From Geopsychrobacteraceae bacterium (lineage in GTDB: Bacteria > Desulfobacterota > Desulfuromonadia > Desulfuromonadales > Geopsychrobacteraceae), in assembly GCA_963662315.1 (NCBI GenBank), contig OY759353.1:416001-480000 (forward strand): a stretch of 64,000 nt of DNA. Reading direction: 5' to 3'. Positions 27,708 through 37,266 of the stretch are shown piece after piece (the stretch's first letter is position 1; each line of letters begins with the position of its first letter). A program made the translations under genes and the position numbers. Under the pieces are notes generated by a model. The model made no database searches. It had not been told where the DNA came from and saw only the letters and a program-made list of their open reading frames with translations.

Positions 27708-30700
27708 ATGGAACATGCTGATTTTGTTCACCTTCATCTGCATACCCAATACAGCCTCCTGGACGGGGCTATTAAAATAAAAGATCTGATTAAGCGGGCC
27801 AAGGAATTCAATATGCCGGCGGTCGCCATGACGGATCATGGGAACATGTTTGGCGCTGTTGAGTTTTATGATAAGGCCATCGCTTCGGGAATTAAGCCGG
27901 TCGTTGGCTGTGAGGTTTACGTCGCTCCGGGGTCACGTTTCACTAAGGGGAATGCCAGGGGTTCTTCGGAAGCTTCTTACCATCTGGTTTTGCTCTGTAT
28001 GAACCTGAAGGGGTACCAGAATATCTGTCGCCTTATATCCGCTGCTTATCGTGAGGGGTTTTATTATAAACCGCGCATCGATTGGGAGCTTTTGGCTCAG
28101 CACAATGAAGGTTTAATTGCCTTAAGTGCTTGCCTCGGCGGGGAATTGCCGACTCTGATAAATCTGAATCAGCCTGAAGAAGCTTTGCTCCGTGCTCGGG
28201 AAATGGCACAGATTTTTGATAATGATCGCCTTTATATTGAGCTGCAGGAAAACTATTTACCCGAACAGGCCAAAGCTAACAAAGGGTTGATCGAAATTGC
28301 TTCGGCTCTTGATCTGCCGTTGGTTGCAACCAATGACTGTCATTATCTGCTTAAAGATGACGCTTTTGCCCATGAAGTTTTACTCTGTATTCAGACCGGT
28401 AAAACTATGGACGATCCAAACCGGATGCGGTTTCCTAACGAGGAATTTTATTTTAAATCGGCCCAGGAAATGAAAGCCCTGTTTCCGCAGCAACCCGATG
28501 CCATCGCCAATACCCTTCAGATTGCTGAACGTTGTAATCTTGAACTTGATTTTAATACCTACCATTTTCCTCAATATGAAAAACCGGCCGACAAATCTCT
28601 TGACGATGTTCTGGAAGAACAGAGTTGGGAAGGTCTCGAAATCAGGCTGGACGAGATCCGAAAACTAAGGGCACTGACAGATGAGGACGTTAAGGTTTAT
28701 CATGAGCGTCTTGAAACCGAGCTGAACTGTATCAAACAAATGGGTTTCCCCGGTTATTTTCTGATTGTTGCCGATTTTATCAACTGGGGGAAAGACCACA
28801 ATATTCCTGTAGGTCCTGGCCGGGGATCTGCTGCGGGCAGTTTGGTTGCTTTCGCTATCCGTATTACCGATATTGATCCCATCCCCTACAACCTGCTGTT
28901 TGAACGTTTCCTCAACCCCGAACGTATCTCCATGCCTGATATCGACGTTGACTTCTGTATCTATGGGCGTGAAAAAGTTATTGAATATGTTCGTGAAAAA
29001 TACGGGGCAGCTAATGTCGCGCAGATTATCACTTTTGGTACCATGCTGGCCAAAGGAGTGTTGCGTGATGTCGGACGGGCGCTGAATATTCCTTACGGTG
29101 ATGTCGACAAGATTGCCAAGCTGGTTCCTAATGTCCTGGGTATTACCCTGAAAGAAGCGATCGAGCAGGAACCTAAATTAAAAGAACTGATCGATAAAGA
29201 TGCCAAAGTTAAAGAGTTGCTCAAGATTGCCTTGGCTCTTGAGGGGCTGACTCGTCACGCATCGACCCACGCTGCCGGGGTTGTGGTTACACCAAAACCG
29301 CTTCAGGAATACGTTCCCCTTTATGTCGATCCCAAATCGGGTGGTCAGGTTACCCAGTATCCGATGAAATATGTTGAACAGATCGGATTGGTCAAGTTTG
29401 ACTTTCTCGGACTTAAGACCCTGACTGTTATTGAGAATGCGGTGCGCCTGATTCGGGAAGGGCAGAATCCTGATTTTGATTTGAAGCTGGTTACCGATGA
29501 CGACAAGGCGACTTATGAGCTTTTGTCTCACGGCGAGACGACAGGCGTCTTTCAGCTTGAATCGAGCGGGATGAAAGAGTATCTGGTTAAGTTGAAGCCA
29601 AGTTGCTTTGAAGATCTTATCGCGATGGTTGCTTTGTATCGGCCGGGTCCTTTGGGGTCCGGGATGGTGGATTCATTTATCAAGCGAAAGCATGGTGTTG
29701 AAGAATTTAAATATGACTTTCCTCAACTTGAGCCGATTCTAAAAGATACCTACGGGGTTATTGTTTATCAGGAACAGGTTATGCTTATCGCCCAGACTCT
29801 GGCCAATTACAGTTTGGGTGGTGCTGATTTGCTGCGCCGGGCCATGGGTAAGAAAAAGCCAGAGGAAATGGCCAAGCAGAAGAAAATCTTCCTGGCGGGG
29901 GCTGCAGAAAACAAGCTTGATAACAAAAAAGCTGAAGCGGTTTTTGACCTTATGGAAAAATTTGCGGCTTACGGATTTAATAAATCTCACTCTGCCGCTT
30001 ATGCTCTGGTCGCCTATCATACGGCATATCTTAAAGCTCACTATCCAGTAGAGTTTATGGCTGCTCTGCTGACAGAGGATATGGAGAATACTGATAAAGT
30101 CATTAAGAATATCAGTGAGGTCCGGGCCATGGGTATTGAAGTTCAGCCCCCGGATATAAATGCTTCGGATCGCTCCTTCACCGTTTCTGATGGTGCTATT
30201 CGCTTTGGCCTGGGAGCGGTAAAGGGGGTTGGTGCGGCGGCCCTCGAATCAATTATCCATGTTCGTAAGGATGACCCTTATGCCTCATTACAGGATTTTT
30301 GTGAACGGGTTGATCTGCGCAAGGTTAACAAAAAAGTTGTAGAAGCTCTGATCAAATGCGGTGCCTTTGATTCACTGGGAGGCAAGCGATCCCAGTATTC
30401 TGAATCCCTTGAAAGCTCTATGGAGATTGGTCAGCGGTTACAAAAAGAGCAGCAATCCGGGCAGGATTCCCTGTTTGGTACCAGTGAAATTGTGTCGGCC
30501 GGTGGGAATGGCTATGGGGTGCTGCCTGATATACCTGAATGGGATGAAAAAACTCTCTTGAGCCACGAGAAGGATGCTCTGGGATTCTACGTATCCGGAC
30601 ACCCTCTGGCCAGACACAGCGACGCTATTAAACGTTACGCGACATGCGAAACAGCTGGTCTTGTCGAACGTTCTGACAAGGAAAAGGTACGGGTTTGTGG

Positions 30701-31178
30701 CATCGTTTCCGGCATTAAAGAATTAATGACCAAAAAGGGTGACCGGATGGCTTTCGTCACCCTGGAAGACCTGAGCGGCTCAGTTGAAATTGTTGTTTTT
30801 CCCGAGGTCTATGCCGCTGGTATGGAATACCTCAAAGGGGAGGAGCCGTTATTGATCAGTGGTGAGCTCGATGTTGGCGAGGAGGCTTGTAAAATCCTGG
30901 CAACCGAGGTTGCTCTGTTGAGTGAGGTCAAGCAGACTCTCGCACAAAAAGTACACATTCGCTTATCAACCCCAGGTCTTGAAGAGATACAGATGCGACA
31001 GCTGAAATCAATCGTTCAGCGTTACCGTGGTGATTGTGAAGTACAGTTACATATTGTAATTCCTAATCGTAGTGAAACGATTATCAAGTTGCCTGAACAA
31101 CTCAAAATGGCTGCATCTGATGAAGCTGTTGCTGATGCTCATGCTTTGTTTGGCTATAATGTTATGAATTTTGAGTAG
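27708..31178 (+). CDS. dnaE: DNA polymerase III alpha subunit
   Basis: HLHTQYSLLDG, GRGSAAGS, PDIDVDF and FNKSHS motifs. Confidence 0.98.
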   Translation: MEHADFVHLHLHTQYSLLDGAIKIKDLIKRAKEFNMPAVAMTDHGNMFGAVEFYDKAIASGIKPVVGCEVYVAPGSRFTKGNARGSSEASYHLVLLCMNLKGYQNICRLISAAYREGFYYKPRIDWELLAQHNEGLIALSACLGGELPTLINLNQPEEALLRAREMAQIFDNDRLYIELQENYLPEQAKANKGLIEIASALDLPLVATNDCHYLLKDDAFAHEVLLCIQTGKTMDDPNRMRFPNEEFYFKSAQEMKALFPQQPDAIANTLQIAERCNLELDFNTYHFPQYEKPADKSLDDVLEEQSWEGLEIRLDEIRKLRALTDEDVKVYHERLETELNCIKQMGFPGYFLIVADFINWGKDHNIPVGPGRGSAAGSLVAFAIRITDIDPIPYNLLFERFLNPERISMPDIDVDFCIYGREKVIEYVREKYGAANVAQIITFGTMLAKGVLRDVGRALNIPYGDVDKIAKLVPNVLGITLKEAIEQEPKLKELIDKDAKVKELLKIALALEGLTRHASTHAAGVVVTPKPLQEYVPLYVDPKSGGQVTQYPMKYVEQIGLVKFDFLGLKTLTVIENAVRLIREGQNPDFDLKLVTDDDKATYELLSHGETTGVFQLESSGMKEYLVKLKPSCFEDLIAMVALYRPGPLGSGMVDSFIKRKHGVEEFKYDFPQLEPILKDTYGVIVYQEQVMLIAQTLANYSLGGADLLRRAMGKKKPEEMAKQKKIFLAGAAENKLDNKKAEAVFDLMEKFAAYGFNKSHSAAYALVAYHTAYLKAHYPVEFMAALLTEDMENTDKVIKNISEVRAMGIEVQPPDINASDRSFTVSDGAIRFGLGAVKGVGAAALESIIHVRKDDPYASLQDFCERVDLRKVNKKVVEALIKCGAFDSLGGKRSQYSESLESSMEIGQRLQKEQQSGQDSLFGTSEIVSAGGNGYGVLPDIPEWDEKTLLSHEKDALGFYVSGHPLARHSDAIKRYATCETAGLVERSDKEKVRVCGIVSGIKELMTKKGDRMAFVTLEDLSGSVEIVVFPEVYAAGMEYLKGEEPLLISGELDVGEEACKILATEVALLSEVKQTLAQKVHIRLSTPGLEEIQMRQLKSIVQRYRGDCEVQLHIVIPNRSETIIKLPEQLKMAASDEAVADAHALFGYNVMNFE

Positions 31179-31299
31179 ATTGTTGGGTTGTATAAGGCTT
31201 GTTCTTGACCTTATGGCTGCAAATGATTAATTTATTCAGTCGCCATAAATAAAGATAATAAAAGCTATTTAGCTGACGCCCGCAAGGGAGGAGAATATA

Positions 31300-32259
31300 A
31301 TGAATCAATTTCTCGATTTTGAAAAACCTATCGCTGATCTCGAGGCCAAAATCGGAGAGTTGCGTGACTATTCAACGGATAGTGTCGACTTTACCAGCGA
31401 AATAAAAAAGCTTGAAAAGAAAGCAGAAAAGCTGAAGAAGGAAATTTATTCAAACCTGACCCGGTGGCAACGTACTCAACTGGCCCGGCACGCCAATCGA
31501 CCATATTCACTGGACTATATTGATCGTATATTTACCGACTGGTTTGAGGTCCATGGCGATCGCAACTTCCGGGACGATCATGCTTTAGTCTGTGGGTTCG
31601 CCCGTATCGACGGAAAGCCGTGCTGTGTTATCGGTCATCAGAAGGGGCGCAACACCAAAGAAAAGGTGATGCGTAACTTTGCTATGCCTAATCCTGAAGG
31701 ATACCGCAAGGCTCTTAGGGTTATGCAGATGGCAGATCAGTTTAATCTCCCTATCTTTACTTTCGTGGATACCCCGGGGGCCTTCCCCGGTATTGGTGCC
31801 GAGGAACGTGGACAGGCTGAGGCTATTGCACGCAATCTGCGGGAAATGGCTATGTTGAAAGTCCCTGTTATCGTAACCATAACAGGTGAGGGTGGTTCTG
31901 GTGGGGCTCTTGCCATTGCGGTTGGTAATCGCGTTCTGATGATGGAAAATTCCGTCTATTCGGTTATTTCTCCGGAAGGGTGTGCTGCTATTTTGTGGTC
32001 TGATGGAAGTAAGGGACCTCAGGCAGCCGAAGCATTGAAGCTGACGGCGCATGATGTGGATAGCCTGAAAACGGTTATTGATGAAGTTGTGCCAGAGCCA
32101 CTTGGCGGAGCTCATCTTGATTATGATCAGGCCTCCGCTGTCCTGAAACAAGTGCTTTTGAAGCATCTCGCCGAACTTGAAGAATATTCTCCTGAGGGGT
32201 TGATAGAACAACGATATCAGCGATTTAGGGCGATGAGCGAAGTTGAAGAACCGAAATAA
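31300..32259 (+). CDS. accA: Acetyl-CoA carboxylase carboxyltransferase alpha subunit
   Basis: [15 protein letters not shown] and [10 protein letters not shown]. Confidence 0.98.
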   Translation: MNQFLDFEKPIADLEAKIGELRDYSTDSVDFTSEIKKLEKKAEKLKKEIYSNLTRWQRTQLARHANRPYSLDYIDRIFTDWFEVHGDRNFRDDHALVCGFARIDGKPCCVIGHQKGRNTKEKVMRNFAMPNPEGYRKALRVMQMADQFNLPIFTFVDTPGAFPGIGAEERGQAEAIARNLREMAMLKVPVIVTITGEGGSGGALAIAVGNRVLMMENSVYSVISPEGCAAILWSDGSKGPQAAEALKLTAHDVDSLKTVIDEVVPEPLGGAHLDYDQASAVLKQVLLKHLAELEEYSPEGLIEQRYQRFRAMSEVEEPK

Positions 32260-32271
32260 CAACGCTTTATT

Positions 32272-33033
32272 ATGAGTCATAGAACAGCTTATTTTCTTGT
32301 ATGCGTAGCAGCCCTTATGTTGAATGCTTGTGTAGGGGGAACACGCCATTCTTCACGGGTCATCGATTCACCAGAGGGCCGCGAGCTTCCTGGGTGGCAG
32401 AGGCCCTATGAGGTTGATGGCCAGCGCTATAATCCTCTGACTACGCATCAAGGATTTCAGGAACGTGGGGTTGCCAGCTGGTATGGCAAAAAATTTCACG
32501 GGCGTAAGACCAGTAATGGGGAAGTCTATAATATGTACGGTCTGAGTGCTGCGCATAAGACCCTTCCTCTCGGGGTTTATGTTGAAGTGACCCATCAGCA
32601 GACCGGGAAGAAAATAGTCGTCAGGGTCAACGACAGGGGACCCTTTGTCGCTGGTCGCATTATAGATTTATCTTTTGGCGCGGCACAGCAACTAGGGATT
32701 GTTGAAAAGGGAACTGCCCCTGTTGTTGTTAGGGCCCTTGGTTATATGCAGACAGTTAACGGGCATCGCGAATTTATCTCTCCTCCTAGCTATGATGCCG
32801 GCTCTTTTACTATCCAGGTCGGAGCCTTTTCTAGTCGCGAAAACGCTGATGCACTTGCCTTGAAGATGAAAAATCGTTATGGCTATTCGGCTGTTGTTAT
32901 GTCGCAAGTTAATGATAAAATTTTCTATCGTGTTAGAGTTGGCCAATTTAACTCCCTCGTCCAGGCAGAGCAGGCTGCTATCTCATTTGAACAGAACGGC
33001 TACACGGGAAGTTTTGTCGTTGCCTATAATTAA
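32272..33033 (+). CDS. rlpA: Septal lytic transglycosylase RlpA lipoprotein with SPOR domain
   Basis: Lipobox, ASWYG, AAHKTLP, RVNDRGPF and IQVGAF. Confidence 0.93.
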   Translation: MSHRTAYFLVCVAALMLNACVGGTRHSSRVIDSPEGRELPGWQRPYEVDGQRYNPLTTHQGFQERGVASWYGKKFHGRKTSNGEVYNMYGLSAAHKTLPLGVYVEVTHQQTGKKIVVRVNDRGPFVAGRIIDLSFGAAQQLGIVEKGTAPVVVRALGYMQTVNGHREFISPPSYDAGSFTIQVGAFSSRENADALALKMKNRYGYSAVVMSQVNDKIFYRVRVGQFNSLVQAEQAAISFEQNGYTGSFVVAYN

Positions 33034-33143
33034 ACTTTGTTTGATTTTTGTAAGCTGTAGTTAATGGAGTTTGTGTAGGGAAAGTTAAGGTACCGGATTT
33101 TTTAAGGAAAATCTTTTCTGAATAGCACCTTTTTGTGGCTGAA

Positions 33144-33172
33144 TTGACTTGCTTTTTTAATTAAGCTATGGT
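33144..33172 (+). promoter_or_regulatory. Putative sigma70 promoter of csp
   Basis: TTGACT-17 nt-TATGGT, which implies a 5' UTR of about 160 nt. Confidence 0.55.
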
Positions 33173-33338
33173 ACTTTTGGGGGGCATCGGATCCAGTTTG
33201 TGTCGACGTTTTTACTGATAAAGTCATTAAGGACCGCACGGATCAATCAGCCCTGTGCGGCTTTTTATTGACTAGCGGTTAACTGGATCTGCACTACGTA
33301 AACTCCCGTGTAGGGAACCAAGCAAGGAGAATGGAAAG

Positions 33339-33539
33339 ATGGCAGAAGGTACAGTTAAGTGGTTCAACGATTCTAAGGGTTTTGGTTTTATTGAGCAGGA
33401 TAACGGGCCAGATGTGTTTGTTCATTTCTCAGCAATCTCTGGAGACGGGTTTAAGTCTCTTGCTGAAGGAATGCGCGTAAACTTTGATGTTGTTGAAGGG
33501 CAAAAGGGCCCCCAGGCCAGTAACGTTACCAAGCTCTGA
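33339..33539 (+). CDS. cspA: Cold-shock protein
   Basis: KWFN, KGFGFI (RNP1) and DVFVHFS (RNP2). Confidence 0.96.
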   Translation: MAEGTVKWFNDSKGFGFIEQDNGPDVFVHFSAISGDGFKSLAEGMRVNFDVVEGQKGPQASNVTKL

Positions 33540-33566
33540 TTCTATAGATTTGGTAAAATAAGAGAT

Positions 33567-33601
33567 AAGGCTTCGCAGTTTTTAATTGCGAAGCCTTTTT
33601 T
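33567..33601 (+). terminator. Intrinsic terminator after csp
   Basis: AAGGCTTCGCA/TGCGAAGCCTT stem plus T run. Confidence 0.85.
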
Positions 33602-33719
33602 ATTTGTGTTCCAGGAAATCGTTTATAGTTCCAATAGCTAATGCTGTTGCATTAACTTATCTGTTAACGCTACTATGTCATCATTAATTTCGCATGTTTT
33701 CTCAGAAAGGGATAGTTAT

Positions 33720-33941
33720 ATGCCATTTGTTGAAGTTAATATTACCAAAGGGGCGACTGATGAACAAAAAGCCCAACTGGTCGAGGGCGTTACAGATCTT
33801 TTAGTAAGGGTTTTGCATAAGAATCCTGCGTCAACGCATGTTATGATAAAAGAACATGAAACTGACAGCTGGGGAATATCCGGACGTACCGTCAAGAAAC
33901 TTCGGGCTGAAGGGAAAACTCAGAATATTTCCAAAGAATAG
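33720..33941 (+). CDS. 4-oxalocrotonate tautomerase family protein
   Basis: Start at 33720 gives Met-Pro (catalytic Pro1); EQKAQLVEGVT and WGISG. Confidence 0.88.
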   Translation: MPFVEVNITKGATDEQKAQLVEGVTDLLVRVLHKNPASTHVMIKEHETDSWGISGRTVKKLRAEGKTQNISKE

Positions 33942-33944
33942 CCT

Positions 33945-34166
33945 ATGTCTAACCCTGGTGAATTTTTGCAGGCCTGTGTAGATGGTAAAGTTTGGGTATA
34001 CTGTTCCCAATGTGCTGAAGCAAAGCAGTTGAAGTCCGTAGAAACTATTGATTGTGTCGGTAATGAAAACTATTGGGGGGATGAACCTTGGTGGTATGAT
34101 ACGCGCGTCTTTAAGTGTTGTGACTGTCTCACTGTTCAAGAATCGGAATTGGAACTTCAATTGTAA
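33945..34166 (+). CDS. Small putative zinc-ribbon protein
   Basis: CSQC...CCDC pairs; starts 3 nt after the tautomerase stop. Confidence 0.65.
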   Translation: MSNPGEFLQACVDGKVWVYCSQCAEAKQLKSVETIDCVGNENYWGDEPWWYDTRVFKCCDCLTVQESELELQL

Positions 34167-34351
34167 TTCTAATCAACTTCTGAAATCCCATGGGGAAAGA
34201 TTTCTCTGATTGTTTAGAATCTGCTTCAAAAGTGGGTTGGTTTTTCTCTAGATCAAGAAAAATGACTGACAGGTGCTTTGAGCGGATATTGTAGCAGGAG
34301 AGAATCCTTCCTCTCCTGTTTTTATTTTTTAACAAGATATAAGGATCGTTT

Positions 34352-35359
34352 ATGAAAATTCTGGTTACTGGGGCTGCCGGGTTTATCGGTTTTCATCTGG
34401 CTACTAAGTTGCTTGAGCGGGGCGACACTGTTGTTGGTCTCGATAATATTAATGATTATTATGATATCAATCTGAAAAAGGCCCGTCTTGAGAAGTTTCA
34501 GAAATATTCTCACTTTACCTTTGTTCAGATGAATCTCGAAGATCGGGAGGGAATTGCCGAGCTTTTTCGTAAAGAAAAGTTTGACCGGGTTGTGAACTTG
34601 GCTGCCCAGGCAGGTGTTCGTTATTCTCTGATCAATCCACATGCTTATATTGATAGTAATATTCAGGGATTTATGAATATTCTTGAAGGTTGCCGTCATA
34701 ATGAAGTTGAACATCTGGTGTATGCATCTTCTTCCTCGGTCTATGGTGCCAATACAGCAATGCCTTTCTCTGTTCATCACAATGTCGACCACCCCGTCTC
34801 TCTTTATGCCGCAAGCAAGAAAGCGAACGAATTGATGGCTCATACTTATAGCCACCTTTACCGTTTGCCGACCACTGGGTTGCGCTTTTTTACCGTTTAT
34901 GGTCCTTGGGGGCGGCCAGACATGGCGTTGTTTCTTTTTGCTAAGGCCATCCTCGAGGGAAGACCAATCGATGTCTTTAACTATGGGAAGATGAAGCGAG
35001 ATTTTACCTATATCGATGATATCGTCGAAGGTGTCATGCGGACCCTCGACTGCGTCGCGCTGGAAAATGGTGATTGGAATGGTGATTGTCCTGATCCTGG
35101 CACCAGCGCTGCCCCGTATCGTTTATATAACATTGGAAATAATAACCCTGTCGAACTGATGTATCTTATTGAGGTTCTGGAGAAGGAACTGGGGAAGGTC
35201 GCCCAGAAAAATATGCTGCCCATTCAGCCTGGTGATGTCCCGGCAACTTTTGCGGACGTCGATGCTTTGACGGATGCGGTGGGATTTAAGCCGTCTACCA
35301 GCATCGAAGATGGTGTTGCACGCTTTGTGGCGTGGTACCGCTCTTTTTATAATGTGTAG
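34352..35359 (+). CDS. NAD-dependent epimerase (UDP-glucuronate 4-epimerase type)
   Basis: [23 protein letters not shown] and GPWGRPDMA. Confidence 0.93.
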   Translation: MKILVTGAAGFIGFHLATKLLERGDTVVGLDNINDYYDINLKKARLEKFQKYSHFTFVQMNLEDREGIAELFRKEKFDRVVNLAAQAGVRYSLINPHAYIDSNIQGFMNILEGCRHNEVEHLVYASSSSVYGANTAMPFSVHHNVDHPVSLYAASKKANELMAHTYSHLYRLPTTGLRFFTVYGPWGRPDMALFLFAKAILEGRPIDVFNYGKMKRDFTYIDDIVEGVMRTLDCVALENGDWNGDCPDPGTSAAPYRLYNIGNNNPVELMYLIEVLEKELGKVAQKNMLPIQPGDVPATFADVDALTDAVGFKPSTSIEDGVARFVAWYRSFYNV

Positions 35360-35453
35360 CATACGGGGATGGTTTTTCGTTGTCTGTGCCAAATATTCTC
35401 GTTAAAATGTCGAACTTTATTTAATTTTCAATTTATGTATTAAGGGACCGACG

Positions 35454-36332
35454 ATGATAAAAAGTATGACGGGGTATGGCCGGGGAGAAGCAAAGCATGA
35501 AGGCCTGCAATTCTCTGTAGAAATTAAAACGGTTAATCACCGTTATGGCGATATTAATGTTAAGGCTCCGCGGTTGTTATCCGCCCTTGAGCCAGAGTTG
35601 AAAAAACGGGTTCAGGAACAACTGAAACGTGGCAAAATTGATGTTTTCATCAGTCAGGATAACAGTTCACGTCTAACCGCAGTGCCGGTAGTTGTCGAAG
35701 ATCTGGCTCGGGCCTATATGGCTGCATTTGGTCGGTTGCAGGAGATTAGTGGATTGTCCGGTAGTGTTTCGGTAGAGTTTTTGGCATCGCAGAAAGATGT
35801 ATTGCAAATTCAGGATACTGAATTGTCTGCCGAGGATATGCGTGACTGTCTGTTTGAAGCTCTTGATAATGCCCTTGCGGCGATTGTTGCCATGCGTCGT
35901 TGCGAAGGCGATGCAACGGCCGCTGATATTCAGCAGCGGTTAGTCGCTCTGGTAGATATTCTGAACAATATTGAAGATGTCGCACCCGGTGTTCCTTTGG
36001 AGTGGCAGCAGAAGCTCCATGAACGTTTGTCGAAACTTCAGGATAATGGTGGTGGCGATCCGCAGAGGATTGCCCAGGAGATTGCTATTTTTGCTGATCG
36101 CTGCGATATCAGTGAAGAAATTACCCGCTTTAAGAGCCACCTTCAGCAGTTTAATGAGTTGCTGAGTGAAGAAGAACCGGTTGGGCGCCAGATGGACTTT
36201 CTTGTGCAGGAACTTAATCGTGAAGCTAATACCATGGGCTCTAAATCCAATGATGCGACTTTAACACGCCATGTTGTCGCACTGAAATCTGAACTTGAGA
36301 AAATTCGTGAGCAGGTACAGAACATTGAATAG
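35454..36332 (+). CDS. yicC: YicC/YloC endoribonuclease
   Basis: SMTGYG N-terminus, QELNREANTMGSK and REQVQNIE. Confidence 0.95.
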   Translation: MIKSMTGYGRGEAKHEGLQFSVEIKTVNHRYGDINVKAPRLLSALEPELKKRVQEQLKRGKIDVFISQDNSSRLTAVPVVVEDLARAYMAAFGRLQEISGLSGSVSVEFLASQKDVLQIQDTELSAEDMRDCLFEALDNALAAIVAMRRCEGDATAADIQQRLVALVDILNNIEDVAPGVPLEWQQKLHERLSKLQDNGGGDPQRIAQEIAIFADRCDISEEITRFKSHLQQFNELLSEEEPVGRQMDFLVQELNREANTMGSKSNDATLTRHVVALKSELEKIREQVQNIE

Positions 36333-36945
36333 TGGTGGCGCAAAGCGTGAAGGTGTCCTGTTTGTTGTTTCTGCTCCTTCTGGGGCAGGGAAGACCTCTC
36401 TGTGCCGGGAATTGATCAGCTCGGTCGCTGACTTGAGGCAGTCAATCTCCTTTGCAACCCGTGAGCGACGGTCCGGTGAAGAGGATGGTGTTGATTATCA
36501 TTTTGTCGGGATTGATATTTTTCGGCAGATGATCGGTCGCAATGAATTTGCTGAGTGGGCTGAAGTTCATGGTAATCTTTATGGTACCGCTCTTGAGACC
36601 ATTGACAGTGCTGCTGCCAGCGGAATTGATCTGTTGCTTGATATTGATTGCCAGGGCGCTCAACAATTACGTCAAAATTATAAGCGTGGTGTCTTTATTT
36701 TTATCCTTCCCCCGGATTATATTGAATTGGAGAAGCGTTTACGTGAGCGTGGGACTGATAGTGAAGATGTCATTCAGCGGCGTTTATGTAATGCCCGGGC
36801 AGAAATAGCTCAGGCTCATAATTATGATTATCTCGTTGTGAATGATGATTTTGCTAGTGCAAAACAGACATTAATGGCTATTATCAGTGCTGAACGGCAG
36901 AAAGCCAATCGCTGTTCTCATTTACTTAAAGAATTTAACTCCTGA
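36325..36945 (+). CDS. gmk: Guanylate kinase (start uncertain)
   Basis: [16 protein letters not shown] and VHGNLYGT. Confidence 0.95.
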   Translation: MNSGGAKREGVLFVVSAPSGAGKTSLCRELISSVADLRQSISFATRERRSGEEDGVDYHFVGIDIFRQMIGRNEFAEWAEVHGNLYGTALETIDSAAASGIDLLLDIDCQGAQQLRQNYKRGVFIFILPPDYIELEKRLRERGTDSEDVIQRRLCNARAEIAQAHNYDYLVVNDDFASAKQTLMAIISAERQKANRCSHLLKEFNS

Positions 36946-36958
36946 GGAGAATGTCAGT

Positions 36959-37165
36959 ATGGCTCGTGTTACCGTAGAAGATTGTCTCGAAGTTATTCCT
37001 AACCGTTTTCTTTTGGCAATGGTCGCCGCTAAAAGATCAAAACAGTTGTACAAAGGGGCAGAGCCTCTTATTGAAAATAAATCGTCAAACAAAAAAGTCG
37101 TTCTGGCTCTACGCGAAATTGCTGCTGAACAGATTGAATTCGACATTCCCGTCCGCAGACGTTAA
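36959..37165 (+). CDS. rpoZ: RNA polymerase omega subunit
   Basis: [10 protein letters not shown]...NRF...ALREIA with a GAGGAG RBS. Confidence 0.96.
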   Translation: MARVTVEDCLEVIPNRFLLAMVAAKRSKQLYKGAEPLIENKSSNKKVVLALREIAAEQIEFDIPVRRR

Positions 37166-37266
37166 TTTCAGTTGGGCGGTCCTGAATGTTCCGGACTGCC
37201 CGCTCTGCACCAACAGGCTGTGAGCAGCTTCCCTCTCGCAACACCGGAGTCGATCCGGCCGCGACT

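Noticed and set aside
31585..32349. 254-aa minus-strand ORF
   Set aside because: Antisense shadow of accA with no recognisable motifs. The same applies to the many other ORFs that overlap confident genes.
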